A stretch of 64,000 bases of DNA, taken from positions 18,662,001-18,726,000 of the forward strand of contig CM022667.1 of assembly GCA_012295275.1 (NCBI GenBank), in the 5' to 3' direction. The translations under genes and the position numbers were made by a program. The notes beneath the pieces are model-generated. The model did no database searches, was not told the origin of the DNA, and saw nothing but the letters and a program-made list of their open reading frames with translations. This document shows, one piece after another, positions 50,401-63,409 of this stretch (the stretch's first letter is position 1; the number at the start of each line of letters is the position of its first letter). The stretch comes from Chrysomallon squamiferum. Its lineage: Eukaryota; Animalia; Mollusca.

Positions 50401-51123
50401 TTATATAGAGTTTGAAGAGCAGATTAAAAAGACAAGGAAAAATGATAATTGTTATCTCTAACTGACTTTGCATTCTTTTCTTTTTTTAGTCTGATTCCAA
50501 TACCAGTCCAATAGCAAATGGTCCTGGGTCATCTTCTTTGCGGCCTTCTGTAAGTTAATTTTATAAGAAAAATTGTAACTTCATACAACAAATACATTTC
50601 TGTGTTTAAAAATAAGTTTAAAACATAAAACCTGATGATATAAGAAATTTTTGGTGTCAAAACTGAAGATTAATGAAAATAAATAAGTTGCTATTTACTA
50701 ATTATTAAACTATCTGTTATATACATATTATTATCAGTCGCATCCTTGATAATGTTACCTTTAAAAAAAACAAAGTCAGCACTGTTCTCTTAAATACATT
50801 TAATCACTTTTGAAAGCAAAAGATTAACCACACAAACCACTGGTGAAAAAACACTAATCACAGAGAAGTACTTATAAGTTTCAGACAACAGGAACAAAAA
50901 CAAAATGATCAAAAATGAAAGATAAGAATTTAAGAATTTGTTTTTCAAATATACATTTTTGAATTATTAAACTTTTTGTAATCTTAGTGTTTATTTCATT
51001 TTTTTTTTGCAGATGTCGAGACCAAGAATAAAACGTGCTAATCTCAGGGACTTGATATTTTTGCTGGAACAGGAGCGGGCATCCACAAAGTCAAACATTC
51101 TTTATAAAACATTCCTCAAGTGA
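39266..51123 (+). CDS. TAF4: Transcription initiation factor TFIID subunit 4; exons 39266-40417, 42663-42806, 43411-43609, 44135-44265, 44527-44616, 44926-45111, 45537-45766, 46001-46170, 46406-46536, 46985-47110, 47406-47462, 47949-48056, 50490-50549, 51013-51123
   Basis: N-terminal SELDEYEVNALVDSLESQL, then FQLPPGTLLMRNEQGQLMLI. TAFH domain ENVKKCKNFLSTLIKLA...ELKSSPQPYLVPFLKKSLP. DDDDINDVATMGGVNL, histone fold ISHATQERLR, EANMTALAAIGPRKKRK, and C-terminal RIKRANLRDLIFLLEQE...LYKTFLK*. Confidence 0.96.
41731..43174 (+). repeat. Two short duplicated segments flanking TAF4 exon 2
   Basis: Segment A (tgttatcagtttcatgtattgagttctgctttgatata) at ~41731-41782 and ~43123-43174. Segment B (gttcagacaca...cacagactaaaaa.actgga...aataagtcattc...tcaagtttctta) at ~42342-42456 and ~42928-43023. 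Confidence 0.8.
48456..48701 (+). mobile_element. hAT-type MITE (246 bp), family A, in TAF4 intron 12
   Basis: TIRs CAGTGGTGTGCAGAG / CTCTGCATGCCACTG. TSD GTCGGTTC (48448-48455) and GTAGGTTC (48702-48709) match 7/8. Homologous to 22246-22465. Confidence 0.9.
48952..49112 (-). mobile_element. Internal fragment of the Tigger-derived MITE
   Basis: Reverse complement of ~53650-53818 (cattaatctgttccagcc...ccaaaagcaccc...aatgtaaagaaataaattggttttgta...tatcttggagatga). Confidence 0.85.
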
Positions 51124-53412
51124 AACATGAAGCCAATAAAACAGGTTTTGCATCTTTCTCTGATCTGGCTTGATATCCGACAGTGACAGTTGCCTCTGTA
51201 ATATGAGTACAGAAAAAGGAAAAAAATCTGACTTAGAAATTGCAGTCTGTTATGGTTTGGATTCAGTTTTCAAAATACAAGGATTGAAGGTGTTTATATA
51301 TTGGACAAGTATAGAGTCTTGGAATCTTTGGAATTTATATTATAGTATATTTTATCCAGAACTATAAATTTCCAGAATAGTAAAGAACTTTGTTGTGATG
51401 GCTGCTAACAGACAGGAAAAATTGGCCATTATTCATTGAGGAAAGGAGAAGTATTGTCAGTGTTATGAACAAGTTACATAATAAAGATCCAGAAGAAAAA
51501 CTCTCTGGGTTTTGACTGTCACTGTCATGAGGTTACAGTTGCAAGCCAGGAAACAAATAATGAGAGAAGCTCATATACTATAATACACAGAGTGATTGTG
51601 ATACTTGATGTGCGATATATTCAACAACAGCAAGTTTATAAGTAATTTTCAGTCTTCAAGTTAATAAATACTGCATGCAAAACAATAATGTTGAACTTGC
51701 AATATAAATGAAATAAAGAAATTTGTCTTTATCTGATTGCACCAAGATGAAAAATGTTATATAATAATGAGGGGGAAATGTTCATTCTAACCAAAAGAAA
51801 TAAAACAATAGGAAAACATTGACAGCAAAAGTATTGAACCCACAGACTTGAAATCAATAAATAATATTTACCCAGTACTTTTCCTTATTACTATTATTAT
51901 TGATTTTAGTAAATAAAGTTCAAGATGTTTCATAAATTATTTGATAAGTATCATTCTTCCTTTTACATTTTCAGTTCAGTTTTTCTTCATTTGGGCCTAA
52001 ACCCCAAAACCAGTTTTTCAACAACATATTTCTTTTTACTGGTAGTGCAGTAAAAAGGTATTTTTTTATCATGGAAATATTGTGCTTGGTAAAAAAATGA
52101 ATTTATGTGCATGTCCTGAACAGATTATTAAAAATACTCTCTCTCTCTTTTTTTTTTTAATCATCATAGTAATTGTAAATTCAGTACAACACAACACTGC
52201 ATTTCTGGAATCTAAAACTAGAGAAACGTCATTCCTTAGTTTTAAGATACAACAACCAGTTAATAATCGTAGCTTTAATTTATCTTTGTTATAATTTATG
52301 CTGTCTAAACAGTATTCTTCATTTTTAAAAAAATGAATATTCATTGTCATGTTATTATTCATTAAGAAGAAATAATAATGTGTATTAAAGTGAAACCATT
52401 AATAAAATATTCTAAAATGAAAAGTGCTTAAATATAAAAAAATGTAAGAAAACAAAATATTTTTCTAGATACACTTTTCTCTCGCTCTCTATTTTACTAC
52501 TTATTATTTAATGAGTTAATTTTTATTTTACTCCAACTTCTTAAAAACTATTTTAATATTGTATAGAAGAAAAAATATGTCATTTAACTGTGTTTTCAAT
52601 TTATTAAATTAAATAATTTAGTTGAGAAATTTTTATGAAATGGAATTATGTTTTGAACAAGATAAAACCTCTCATTCTTTAAATATAAATCATATTTCTG
52701 TATAATAATGTATATTTTTGATAGAATACTGGTATGTACAATTTTAAAGTGCTAATTCATGTGAAAAGTGAACATTCTGTGAATAGACTAATAATTTATT
52801 AGATTTATTATGATTATGATTATTATTATTATTGGGGTTTTTTTTTTTTATAATTTTATATTTTTTTGGATAAGAAATTATTTTTAATATTTTATTTATT
52901 GTTATTATTTATTTATTTTATTTATTTTTTAAAAATGTTTTCATTATAGTTCAGTTCATAAAATGATTGTAAAAAAACAATAAATAAGCATGAATAATAA
53001 CTGTGATATATTTACTATTCACTCTAGAAAATAAAAAAAATTTAAAATTGTATATTGTGAATTAAAATGTTTGATAGTAAAAATTATCTCTTTTCTTTGC
53101 AAAATGTTTTTCAGCTGTGAAAAGAAGACAATTATTTCTTTTTTATGATTGTTTATGCTAATAATGTTTGGTATTTTCAATTTAATCAGTTTTCTACAAA
53201 ATACTTTGTGTGCACCTCTATGTTTTTAAGTCTTAATTTAGTTTTAAAACTGTTTCCTAATTCAGATGTATTTAAATTTTTTATCCAGTATGAATTAGCA
53301 AGAGAATTATTATTTTTACTTTTTATTTTTTTCACATTTTTTTTAAAATGAAAATATGAATTAATTTTCTTTTCTTAGACTGGATAAGGAACTTGATATT
53401 TAAAACAAAATA

Positions 53413-53920
53413 CAGTTGTACCTTGACTTAAATGCCTCAACTTACGAGTTTTCCGAGTTACAAGCAGTCACTTGGTCAATTTTTCTCTTTGAGTTGTGAG
53501 CCAAAATTCTAGTTAGGAGCGAGTTTCAGATATGCCGCTGCTAGTTGGCGCAGCAAACAATGCATCATCCAGCCAGCATCTCATTTGTTTACTTCATATG
53601 ATTATCTTGCCGCAGAAGCATTTCTGTTGCATTGTGTTCCTGTTTTCTATCATCTCCAAGATAAATACACGTTACAAAACCAATTTATTTCTTTACATTC
53701 TCTTTTATTTGTTTTTATACAGTATTTATCATTTATAAATAAATTCTTCTTATTTAAAATCATGTCACAAAAAAGAAAAACAGGGTGCTTTTGGAGGGCT
53801 GGAACAGATTAATGGCATTTCAATTAATTTCAGTTGAGGAAAATTGTTTTGAGATACGAGCAAATTGAGTTACAAACTCAGTCATGGAACAAATTAAACT
53901 TGTAAGTCAAGGTACCACTG
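53413..53920 (+). mobile_element. Complete Tigger/pogo-derived MITE (508 bp)
   Basis: TIRs CAGTTGTACCTTGACTTA / TAAGTCAAGGTACCACTG (17/18). Flanks are TA on the left and CA on the right. It lacks the transposase remnant seen in the other copies. Confidence 0.92.
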
Positions 53921-54410
53921 CAGTCTGATTGAATTAGTTTTTATTACATTATAACATTCAAGGAATTTTTTCCAAACATTAATATTTTTCATATTTTTTC
54001 AAGAATATTTTGTAAATATAAAACTAAAAAAAAGGATAAAGACTATGACTTAATTTTTAAATAATGAAAACACTTTGTTTTTATGATTTAATCTTTTTTA
54101 ATATTAGCTTTTAATATTATATGAGTTCATTTATTCTTAGTTCAGCTGCTTCATATTATTAGTATTATTTTTATTATTTTTAAATTCAAATGATTACAGA
54201 TAGTTATTCTTCAATTCAATATTTAGTATAGATATTATTTATTTAAATAAATATGTAAACAAACAAACAAACTCATCAACTGAATATTAAAACAATAACT
54301 CTCTATACAAAGTGATCAGACTATGGGGGATTATATTTAAAATTATAAACCTGTCTCATATTCTATATAGTAGTTTGTTGTGTATCTTTTTCATTAAATT
54401 TACTTCTGGA

Positions 54411-54543
54411 TTTTGGGATTATTTAAAATATTTACTTGTGTGTTTTTCAGTCTTTCTTAATATTTATGTTACAAATTTTTGGGATGATTTAACATTATCT
54501 ACTTGTGTATTTTTCAATCTTTCTTAATATTTATGTTACAAAA
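54411..54543. repeat. ~66-bp tandem duplication
   Basis: ttttgggat.atttaa.at...tacttgtgt.tttttca.tctttcttaatatttatgttacaaa occurs twice in tandem. Confidence 0.88.
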
Positions 54544-57265
54544 TATCCCAGACATTAGAAACAATAGAAGACTATATTTATATTCTGTCATGTGTTACCC
54601 TAACATATTTTTCATTTGCTTTTTAAGTTAAATTAATGAGATTTATATTTTTCTCCATAGAACTGTAAACCAATTTGATCATTACATACATTTATAAAAA
54701 TATTTAATTGTTTGCAATTAGACAAAAGAAATTTAATCAGTTAAACACTTGCTAAATTCATAAACAAAATTAATTGAAAAACAAATAAATGAAATGAAAT
54801 ACGCTAAAATATGCCTTTCTTGAAATTGCATTTTATCATAACATCATTTTGTATATTTTAGTAACTTAAAGTGTAGTTTTATAAGTGTTAGTAGAGATGA
54901 GAATATTCTATTATTACTTGTGTACCCTGTACTGATAGAAATAAACAGCAGTGGTTATCATTACAGACAGAAAGAGAGTTTATATAAAATATTATATAAT
55001 GCATACAATTATTTTCATTTTGTAGATTCATACACATCATCTGACCCATTCATCCATAATTAATATATTCAAAGCCAAATTTGTTTCATTGTTTTGTTAT
55101 AACACAATTTGTATATTTTTATGAAAGAACATAAGATTGTTTTGCATTGTCGTCCAAATATTTCAGATATTCATTGTATGTATACACTGTAAAATAAGCT
55201 AGCTGATTTAATTTTTCCAGTGCTGGGAATACATTATGTGATCATGTTTTTTAAAATTAAAAAAACAACAACAAAGACCTGACTCACAATATATGTATGT
55301 GTTTTGTTCTTTTTTTTAAAAAAAAAACAACTTTATTTGAAATGCTTACATTATTTTATTGTCACTCAGTGAGACTTACCCACAAAATTTCATTCATGAA
55401 AGATTAAGTTTACTTAAATTTTCTTATTCACCCTTGTTTATAATTTATAATTATTTTATTTATTTTCAACAACTTTTACAGAAAATACCTTTTAAATTTT
55501 TAAACTAATTATCTTTAATTTACTGGATTTCTTACAGTTAAAAAAAAGAAAAAAGGAAAATGAGTAATAAGTGTAGAAAAATTAAGTCATTCACACAAAT
55601 TAATTTATTTTAAAAAGAGGATACATTGTCATAAGGGGCAATAAAAATTTTAAAAAAAAAGCTAGAAAAATATAATAATAATAATAATAATAATAAAAGA
55701 AATGAAGAAAAAATGAAAAGAAAATTCAGATCAGTTACATTTATTAAAAAACATGTCATAATATTAACTTAATAATTTTGTAAAAGTTGCTATTTATTTT
55801 CTCTGTATAAAATAAGGAACAACCTCATTATGATAAACTAAAGAAGTATTTTGTAAATATTCTGAACATGTTTTCTTCTATCAGTCAGAAATAATATTAT
55901 AAAATAAATAAAACATTTATGTTATATTAATCTGAATGCATAGGTAAAATAATTTCTGTACTGACTTTTAAAAACCATGTAATCAAAACTGAATTTTGTG
56001 TTCCTTAAAAATCATACTCAACCAGCAACAGTATGATCTGTATTATTGTTGTTAGTAATTCTGATCTGTTTCCAAATCATCCAAACTGGATATGGTTGTT
56101 ATTCTTTTCTAATTTTTTTAAACAAAATACTCCAAATATAATAAGGTGTTTTTCAAAGTTATTGAATAATAATTTTACATCCGAGAAATTTTAGATATGG
56201 ATTCTAGAACAAAAATAATATTAATTTTAATAAGAAAGATTGGGTTTTTTTCTGGAAATTTTTGCAAACCACAATTAGAGAAAATCTAAAAATCATTAGG
56301 CTTTGACTCAAATATAGAATGAGTAAATTTTAAATACTTATATATGATTGTGAATTACAAAATTAATTTACATGAAATAAATATTTATAGTTTTCATTAA
56401 TGATGTTGGTGATCTGGCTAATTATAAGACAAATCAGAAAACTTTCAGTGACATATCTTTACCTTTCTCATAACTGATACACTTAAAAAAGTTAATTTAC
56501 TGAGACAGAATTGTTCTTGTTTTTATTAGTGAATAATATTTGTTATTTTCTTTTCTTAAAGCCGTCTTTATTATTTTTAATGATACTATAAGCAAACTAT
56601 CATTTTCACACTTTTTTTCATGTAAAACATTAGTTAACAAAAAAAATTGTCATATTTTGTGTACAAGCTGTTTATTGTTATAATCTCTTTAACATGAGAC
56701 ATGTGATGTGGATCTTTCACTTTCTTTTTCTCTTTCTAGACTTAATGCCAGTGGCTTGAGATGAAAAGGCCTTTAAACTGAATATTTGGTTTATCTATAA
56801 GTGTGAGAACAATAGTATGTATGAAAGAAGACAGGTATCTGGGAATGAATGTGTATGTAAATTTTTCTTTTTATATTTTCAATTTAAAAACTCACCACAC
56901 AATGCACAGTAAGAAAACACTATTTATATTGCTTATCAGTGATAATGGATGATATACTAAAACGTATGTCCATCAGTTGTGAAGGTATTCAAACTAATGA
57001 GAAGAGAAAAGATGTTTTAAATTTGATAGAACTATAACTATATATTTGCTGCAAGATAACACTTTACAAAAGATCAAGAAATTATAATCAGGTGTCAGTG
57101 GGGCATAGATAATTGTTATTTCAATTCATTTAAAATTAATTCAAAAGGTTTAGTCATTTTTTTCTTTAACAACACAAAAACGTACTTTACTGTTCACAAT
57201 CAGCTAAGTAGCATTGATGGTGATTCACTTTCATTAACATATATGGTCCAAGAAATAAAGATAAA

Positions 57266-60200
57266 CTAAGATATTTTAAACTGGGATCCAGGTACAGAGA
57301 AAATGGGAAATGTTTCAAAAACATGTGATACACTATATGTACATAACATTCTAAGTGCAACACGATTTTCATTTGCTTTTTCTTTCACCTGAAAAGAGAT
57401 GGATTTATTGAACAAAACAAAAGTAAAAAAACTGTGAAAATGGCAACATTCCTATTACTGTTAATAAGATTCTACTATAGTTAGATATTTTGATTTTGAT
57501 GCATTTATTTATTCAAAGAAAAAAGAACCTGAGTCAATGAAAAGAAACTATTCTTGAGTGGCCACATCTTCTGTTATAATAAAATATTTCCACACAAACA
57601 CAGCCACCAGAAAAAATGTTCAGTCTGTCAGTAAGAACATTTATGTAACTTTCACAAATTGGTGTTAGGTGTAGAAACTAAAGTAAATAAATGTTCATTC
57701 ATGCATTTAGTAAACTAAATATCAAGCACAAGAAAATATTAAAAAAAAATTAATAATACAAATAAAAATTAAAAAATTAATAATAATAATAAAAATTAAA
57801 ATTAACAAAATATAGAAGAAATTAAATAATTTTCACAAATTGGTGTTAGGTGTAGAAACTAAATTAAATAAATATTCATTCATGCATTTAGTAAACTAAA
57901 TATGAAACAAAATAAAATACTTTAAAAAAATAATAAAATAAAAAATAAAGAAGAAACTTATTGTTAATAAAAGAAAAATTAACACATGAAAGGACATTGC
58001 TGTATAATAGAATAACGACAAGGGCCTACAACTGACTTTTGGTGGATTTATATAAACAGATTTGAAACAATTTCAGATCAGTAACAATTGTATTAAGCAA
58101 CTAGAAGGAATGAAATGAGCAAAACACTAACATTATTTTAAAATTACTATTAGTTTTTATTTGTACAATAATAGATGCAGTTATACCTGGACCAATAAAT
58201 TAAAATTTCCAATGTTCTTGTTAGGTAAAACTTGGTGAAATGTATTGATTTTGTAAAAATTTAAAAAACTAGCATTACAAATAACTCTAATTATATTTTG
58301 AAGGACCAGAAATCATTTCCAAGCATATTTCATATTTTAGAAAGCAATGGAAATTAATTTTCATCTCATTATTTATTCTTCATAAACATTTTATATTTAA
58401 AATTTTAAAAGAAATATGATAAATATCAGGTTTCTCATTTTCACTTGTTAAGACATATTAATGATTATCCAGTAAAACATTTTTCAACAATTTCTTTTTA
58501 TTTTTTATTAATTTGTTTTTGTTTATCTCTGCTCACTTTTTTCAGGGAGCTATGTGATATTTCAAAGAAAAATGGTCAAAAATGTTTTCTAAATAAGAAT
58601 TTTTTTTGTTTCAAACAAGGGAACATTGAACAGAAATACCTTATAATGAAATGATTTATAATAAATAGGTGCAGATATTATATTGTATATATATATTCTG
58701 TCATAAATGTCAACAAATATTTGTAATGCAAATCCAGTTCTAAGAACAAAAATTACACCACTATCTTTTATATTTGTTTTAAAAATTATATAAAGGTATA
58801 ATGATTATATGAATTACTCACAGATATTAACATATCTGAATTTATATCTCATAACTTTATTAATAACTGAAACTTTACTTTTTTCTTTTTCTTGGAATGA
58901 ATCAGAATGTTCAAATGAATTTGTAGCACTTTGTTTCTAAATGTTGCATAGCATCATCTCTGATTTGTTTATGTGCAAACAGTTGGTGATGTTGGCTTTA
59001 ACTTAAATATATATAATTCTTTCATTTATGTTAATATGTTTCCTTTTGAAAATGAAATAAATATTTGTTGTAAATTATTTTTAGTAAAGGGATTCTAAAA
59101 ATTGGATTATTATTCAAATATATTTGCCAATACCTGAAAATTCTATACTTTTGAGATAGTGGGTGCATTATACACTGTTCTAAAATTTGATAAAATTTGG
59201 TTTACATATAGAGTTGAGTGTAACAATAAATATGACCAGCACATAGTGTGGAAATACAAAAACAGTAATAAACATCACTTTTCTTATTACTTATCTACTA
59301 GAAGCACAACTCTCAAAAATCTATCTGAAAATCTATAATTAACCAGGTAATAAAATTTTAAATGTTATTATTCTGTTACCACAATAAATACCATTAAACT
59401 TATTCAGTAAATGGGTTCGGGTCATTCCATGTCAAATCACCCAGTGGGATAAACCGACCATCTCAGATTTTTATAAAACTTGGTATACTTAATGAGTGGG
59501 ATCCCACATAAATTTTAGGCTAATCAGACCAGTAGTTTGGGATATATGGCCCCCTGTATTTTGAGATTTTTGGCAAAAATGGGCGTGACCACAAACCTTT
59601 GAACCCTCATATCTCAGAAACTACTGGGCCGATCTTGCTATTGTTGAAAAGGCAATATGACAACGATTCCAAATCTGCCATTATTTTCCAGTTGGGGTAA
59701 ACTAACCTTTTGACCTTTGTTATGACCTTGTGGATCATGTGACCTTGAGATAACCTTTCTTGAAATTTAATCTCCCACATGTTAACTAAAACATATATAA
59801 GTTTCAGAGCTATAATATTTTTTGTTTAGCCACAATTTAGATTTAAAAAATGCATATTGCATGGATGACTGATATTATGCATTACAATGTAATTTTCTAC
59901 ATGTATAGACTTTTCTGAGACCAAAAACTCATCTTTGATGTTAAAATCCACCTGACATGTCTGAAGAAATGCCTGAAGGATATGAAAAGATGCCAAATGG
60001 TATGGCATTTTCTACACAATCGGGCCCAAAGGGTTAACAGGACGTGTGGCTTCAGGCATGTCAGGAACTCCTTGAAATCCCCTGGTGAAATCCCCATTGA
60101 GCACATGGCAATTATATTACTATTATAACTCCCTTTAGACTCCCACCACCACATGTATTACTTCTATCACCACCAGAACTTCTACCATTACTACTGTTAC

Positions 60201-62270
60201 TAATGGTGCTATTACTACTTTAATTATTAGAACTACTACTGTCACCATCATCACCACAACTGATACTTTTATTATCACAAATACTGTTACTACCTCTACC
60301 ATTAGCATCACCATTATATCAACAACTACAATAGCTATTTCTTATTTTTCTGCTTCTACTGACACTACTTCTTCTACTAGCACTATAATTAATATTACCA
60401 CTTTTTCCACTAACACTAATTATACTAACACTCCTTCTACATTACTATTATATCTTCTACTACCTATTGCCACTGCTACAACTACTACATCTATGAGATT
60501 ACTTCCACAATTTCTACTGCTACTTGTAGCATGAAAATTGCTTTAGTTATCATTATGATTATTATTATCATTGTTATTGTCATTGTTATTGTTATCATCA
60601 TCATCATCATGATTATTACTGCCAGTGGTAGTAATAATACTAGTACTACTACTAGAATACAAATACTTCTACAGGTATTACAACACTGATACTTCTACAA
60701 CTACAACTTTTATTATTATTACTTCAACTACTGTTATGTCTAATATAAGAATAGTGGTACATTTAGTATTACTATCACCGTTACATTATAAAGTAATACA
60801 GTGATTATGCCCGAGATAAAACTAGTCTTGAGATCAGTTCAGTTCACTGTGCTATTTTGTGACACTAATGGCTATGCTGGACCTTATAAAAGTAAGAACA
60901 ATTTTGTTAACCTGTGCCATCATGAAGAGGACTTTGGTTTAGAAGGTGAATGGAACTTTTATGCAACATGCCACGAGAAAAGTGCCTGTGATGGAATTGG
61001 GGGATCGTGAAGAGGTTGCTGACAAAGGCCAGTTTGCAGTGTTCCTACACAGGCCCAGTCCTGACCAGTGAGGCTATCATGGACTTCTGCATCAAGAGTA
61101 TTCCAGGTATTCACTTTTTCAACATCACACCAGAACACATAGCAAAGCATAAGTTGGAACTACAAGGGAGGTTTCAAGTGGCCAAAACGGTTAGTTCCTG
61201 TGTCTAAATCAAAGAAGTATGCCTACAAGCTAAGCCTGCAGAGTGACCCACCAGAACACGTATCTGTCCAGGATTCTCAGGATGATATGACAGAGTTACC
61301 AGTGAGCCAAGAAACAAAACTATGTTTGTTACCTGAATGATGTTGTGGCATGGGTTGGGCTAGTTGAGGACATTTCAGCATGGAGACTTCTTCATTCATT
61401 TCATCCACCCTCACAGACCTTCTAAGCTATTTTACTGGCCAAACAGACACTTGTTGGATTAGTGAAGGGGACATCTTCTGTGTCATTGATACACCTTTTA
61501 TTGCATCTTCTCAAAGGATGTACTCTCTGCATAAAAAGGATAGTGCTAGAATTGACAGAAGTGGGTGACCAAATGATTCTGTGACTGCTGAACTGGTGAG
61601 AAGGCAATGAGGGAAGTAGTTTGATATTATATGATCATAGCATGTAGAGAGTTGGTGATTCCTAGCATCAGGAATTGTTCATTCAGGTTTTAGCTAATCA
61701 GATGTTAATGGCAGAAAAGGTGATATTTTCATGGACATGCATTTTTCAAATCTATATTGTGGCTAAACAAAAAATATTACACCTCTGAAACTTTTATATG
61801 TTTTAGTTAACATGTGGGAGATTAAATTTCAAGAAAGGTTATCTGAAGGTCACATGATCCACAAGGTTATAACAAAGGTCAAAAGGTTAATTTACCTTGT
61901 TATATTGCCTTTTCAACAATAGCAATTTTATGAAGAGCTGTGATATTTTTTGTTTTGCCACAATATAGATTTAAAAAATGCATTTGCATGGATGACTGAT
62001 ACTATGCATTACAATGTAATTTTCTACATGTATAGATTAGGGGAGCCATATATCCCAAACCACTGGTCCGATTGGCTATGTGATCCCAATTAACATGTAT
62101 ACGAAGTTTCATAAATATCTGAGAGTTCAGGTTTAAAAATTATTTTTTTGTTTGATTTGACACTGAATAACCCTTTTCTATATTTCTGTAAAATGTATTT
62201 AGAGCAGAGTGTAGAATTTGGTTATTTTATACTTACACTGTTTCAATAAAGCTATACGAATTTTCTCCAT
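57266..62270 (-). CDS. Tentative six-exon small gene (107 aa, no recognised homology), possibly a spliced non-coding transcript; exons 62270-62237, 59324-59291, 59179-59149, 58936-58879, 58230-58187, 57388-57266
   Basis: Phase-compatible GT-AG chain from ATG to TAG, with a strong first donor (GTAAGT) and last acceptor (ctcttttcAG). Several internal sites are weak, and the chain was assembled by hand. Confidence 0.3.
57650..57903. repeat. Tandem duplication, period 181 bp, with a conserved 73-bp core
   Basis: tttcacaaattggtgttaggtgtagaaactaaa.taaataaat.ttcattcatgcatttagtaaactaaatat at 57650-57722 and 57831-57903. Confidence 0.92.
60110..60800. repeat. Degenerate (ACT/ACC/ATT/ATC)n low-complexity tract inside the transposon
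   Basis: Continuous triplet-periodic actact/accacc/attatt/atcatc sequence. Confidence 0.9.
60801..61570 (+). pseudogene. Frameshifted DDE/D transposase remnant
   Basis: NGYAGPYKSKNNFVNLCHHEEDFGLEGEWNFYATCHEKSACDGIGG, frameshift, VKRLLTKASLQ...IPGIHFFNI. This resembles the SDG..QYKN...FATSHGK..CDGIGG.VKR pattern of Sola2-type transposases, with stops and frameshifts downstream. Confidence 0.82.
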
Positions 62271-63243
62271 GATGAGATTTATTCTACTTATAATAATTAT
62301 GGAAAGTGTCTGGCTCAGTGTCAAATCACACACACAAAAAATATTTTTAAACCTGACCATCTCAGATATTTATGAAACTTGGTATACTTGTTAATTGGGA
62401 TCACACAGCACATATACTGCATGAACTTCAAGTTACTTATGCAAATCAACTAACAGCCATCATATCGTATCATATCCGTCATTCCGAAAAATCCGCGCGT
62501 TTTACTCCTTGCTAAGTCATAAATATTGTAATTAATCAGTGCAAAGTTTTATTAATCTGAAAATACTATCGTTCAACAATAACCAAAATGTATAGTTTGC
62601 CTAATCTCGGTTTGAATATATTTTACTTGAGCGAAGACATGTTTTTGAGACTTTTTTTTTTTTTGTAAAAATTGACTATATTATGCTAAGCAGATACACA
62701 AAAAGGCAAGTGCGTATGCACAAATATCAAAAAGTTCGTAGGAAAAAAAATCTTACTAAAATGATCTTCTTGGTCCTCGTAGACACAGACAGTTATTTTG
62801 TTTGTAAAATTCTCGCGATAAATGGCAAATTAAACTCGATGAATCCAAGAAATTTTGCTCGAATATGAATTAAAAATTAAGTAATGACATTGTTTTTTGT
62901 TTTTTCACTATCCCTAATTCGCACCTTTTTGGGGATGGCTCCAAGCTTTAGTCGTGTTTGTGTATTGTACAAGATTATGGTTATAGGTAACACACACGCG
63001 CACACATCTTCACTATATATATATATATATGATTTTTTGCCTTAAGTATTTTAGACATAGTAACAAAATTTAATTCAGTGAGGGCAAGAAATGTGGAAAA
63101 CATTGTTCAAAGCTAATTCATTATTGCTGAGGCTCTACTGTCTGAAAATGCAAGTGGCGAGTTATTCTACGATATGCACCTCCATGTCCAAATTCCGAAG
63201 CTTCGGGCATGTGTGTCTGCAATTTGTACAAGCACTATTATTG

Positions 63244-63281
<38 letters not shown>

Positions 63282-63409
63282 AAATTATTTTTATAACACG
63301 TTAACACCTTTCATTCTGTTTGTCTGGTAATGTACTGCAGAACCCTTATTTCATCCTTTATTGAAATATATTCCTAATATGAATAAAAACGCTTGTGGAT
63401 CTTTTATAG

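Larger units (their letters stand above)
59419..62173 (+). mobile_element. Decayed DNA transposon with long TIRs, Sola2-like
   Basis: Termini GGGTCATTCCATGTCAAATCA / TGATTTGACACTGAATAACCC (18/21). 59636-59853 is inverted at 61736-61925. It contains a transposase remnant. The Sola2 label rests on my recollection of family motifs and the GRG terminus. No clear TSD. Confidence 0.8.
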
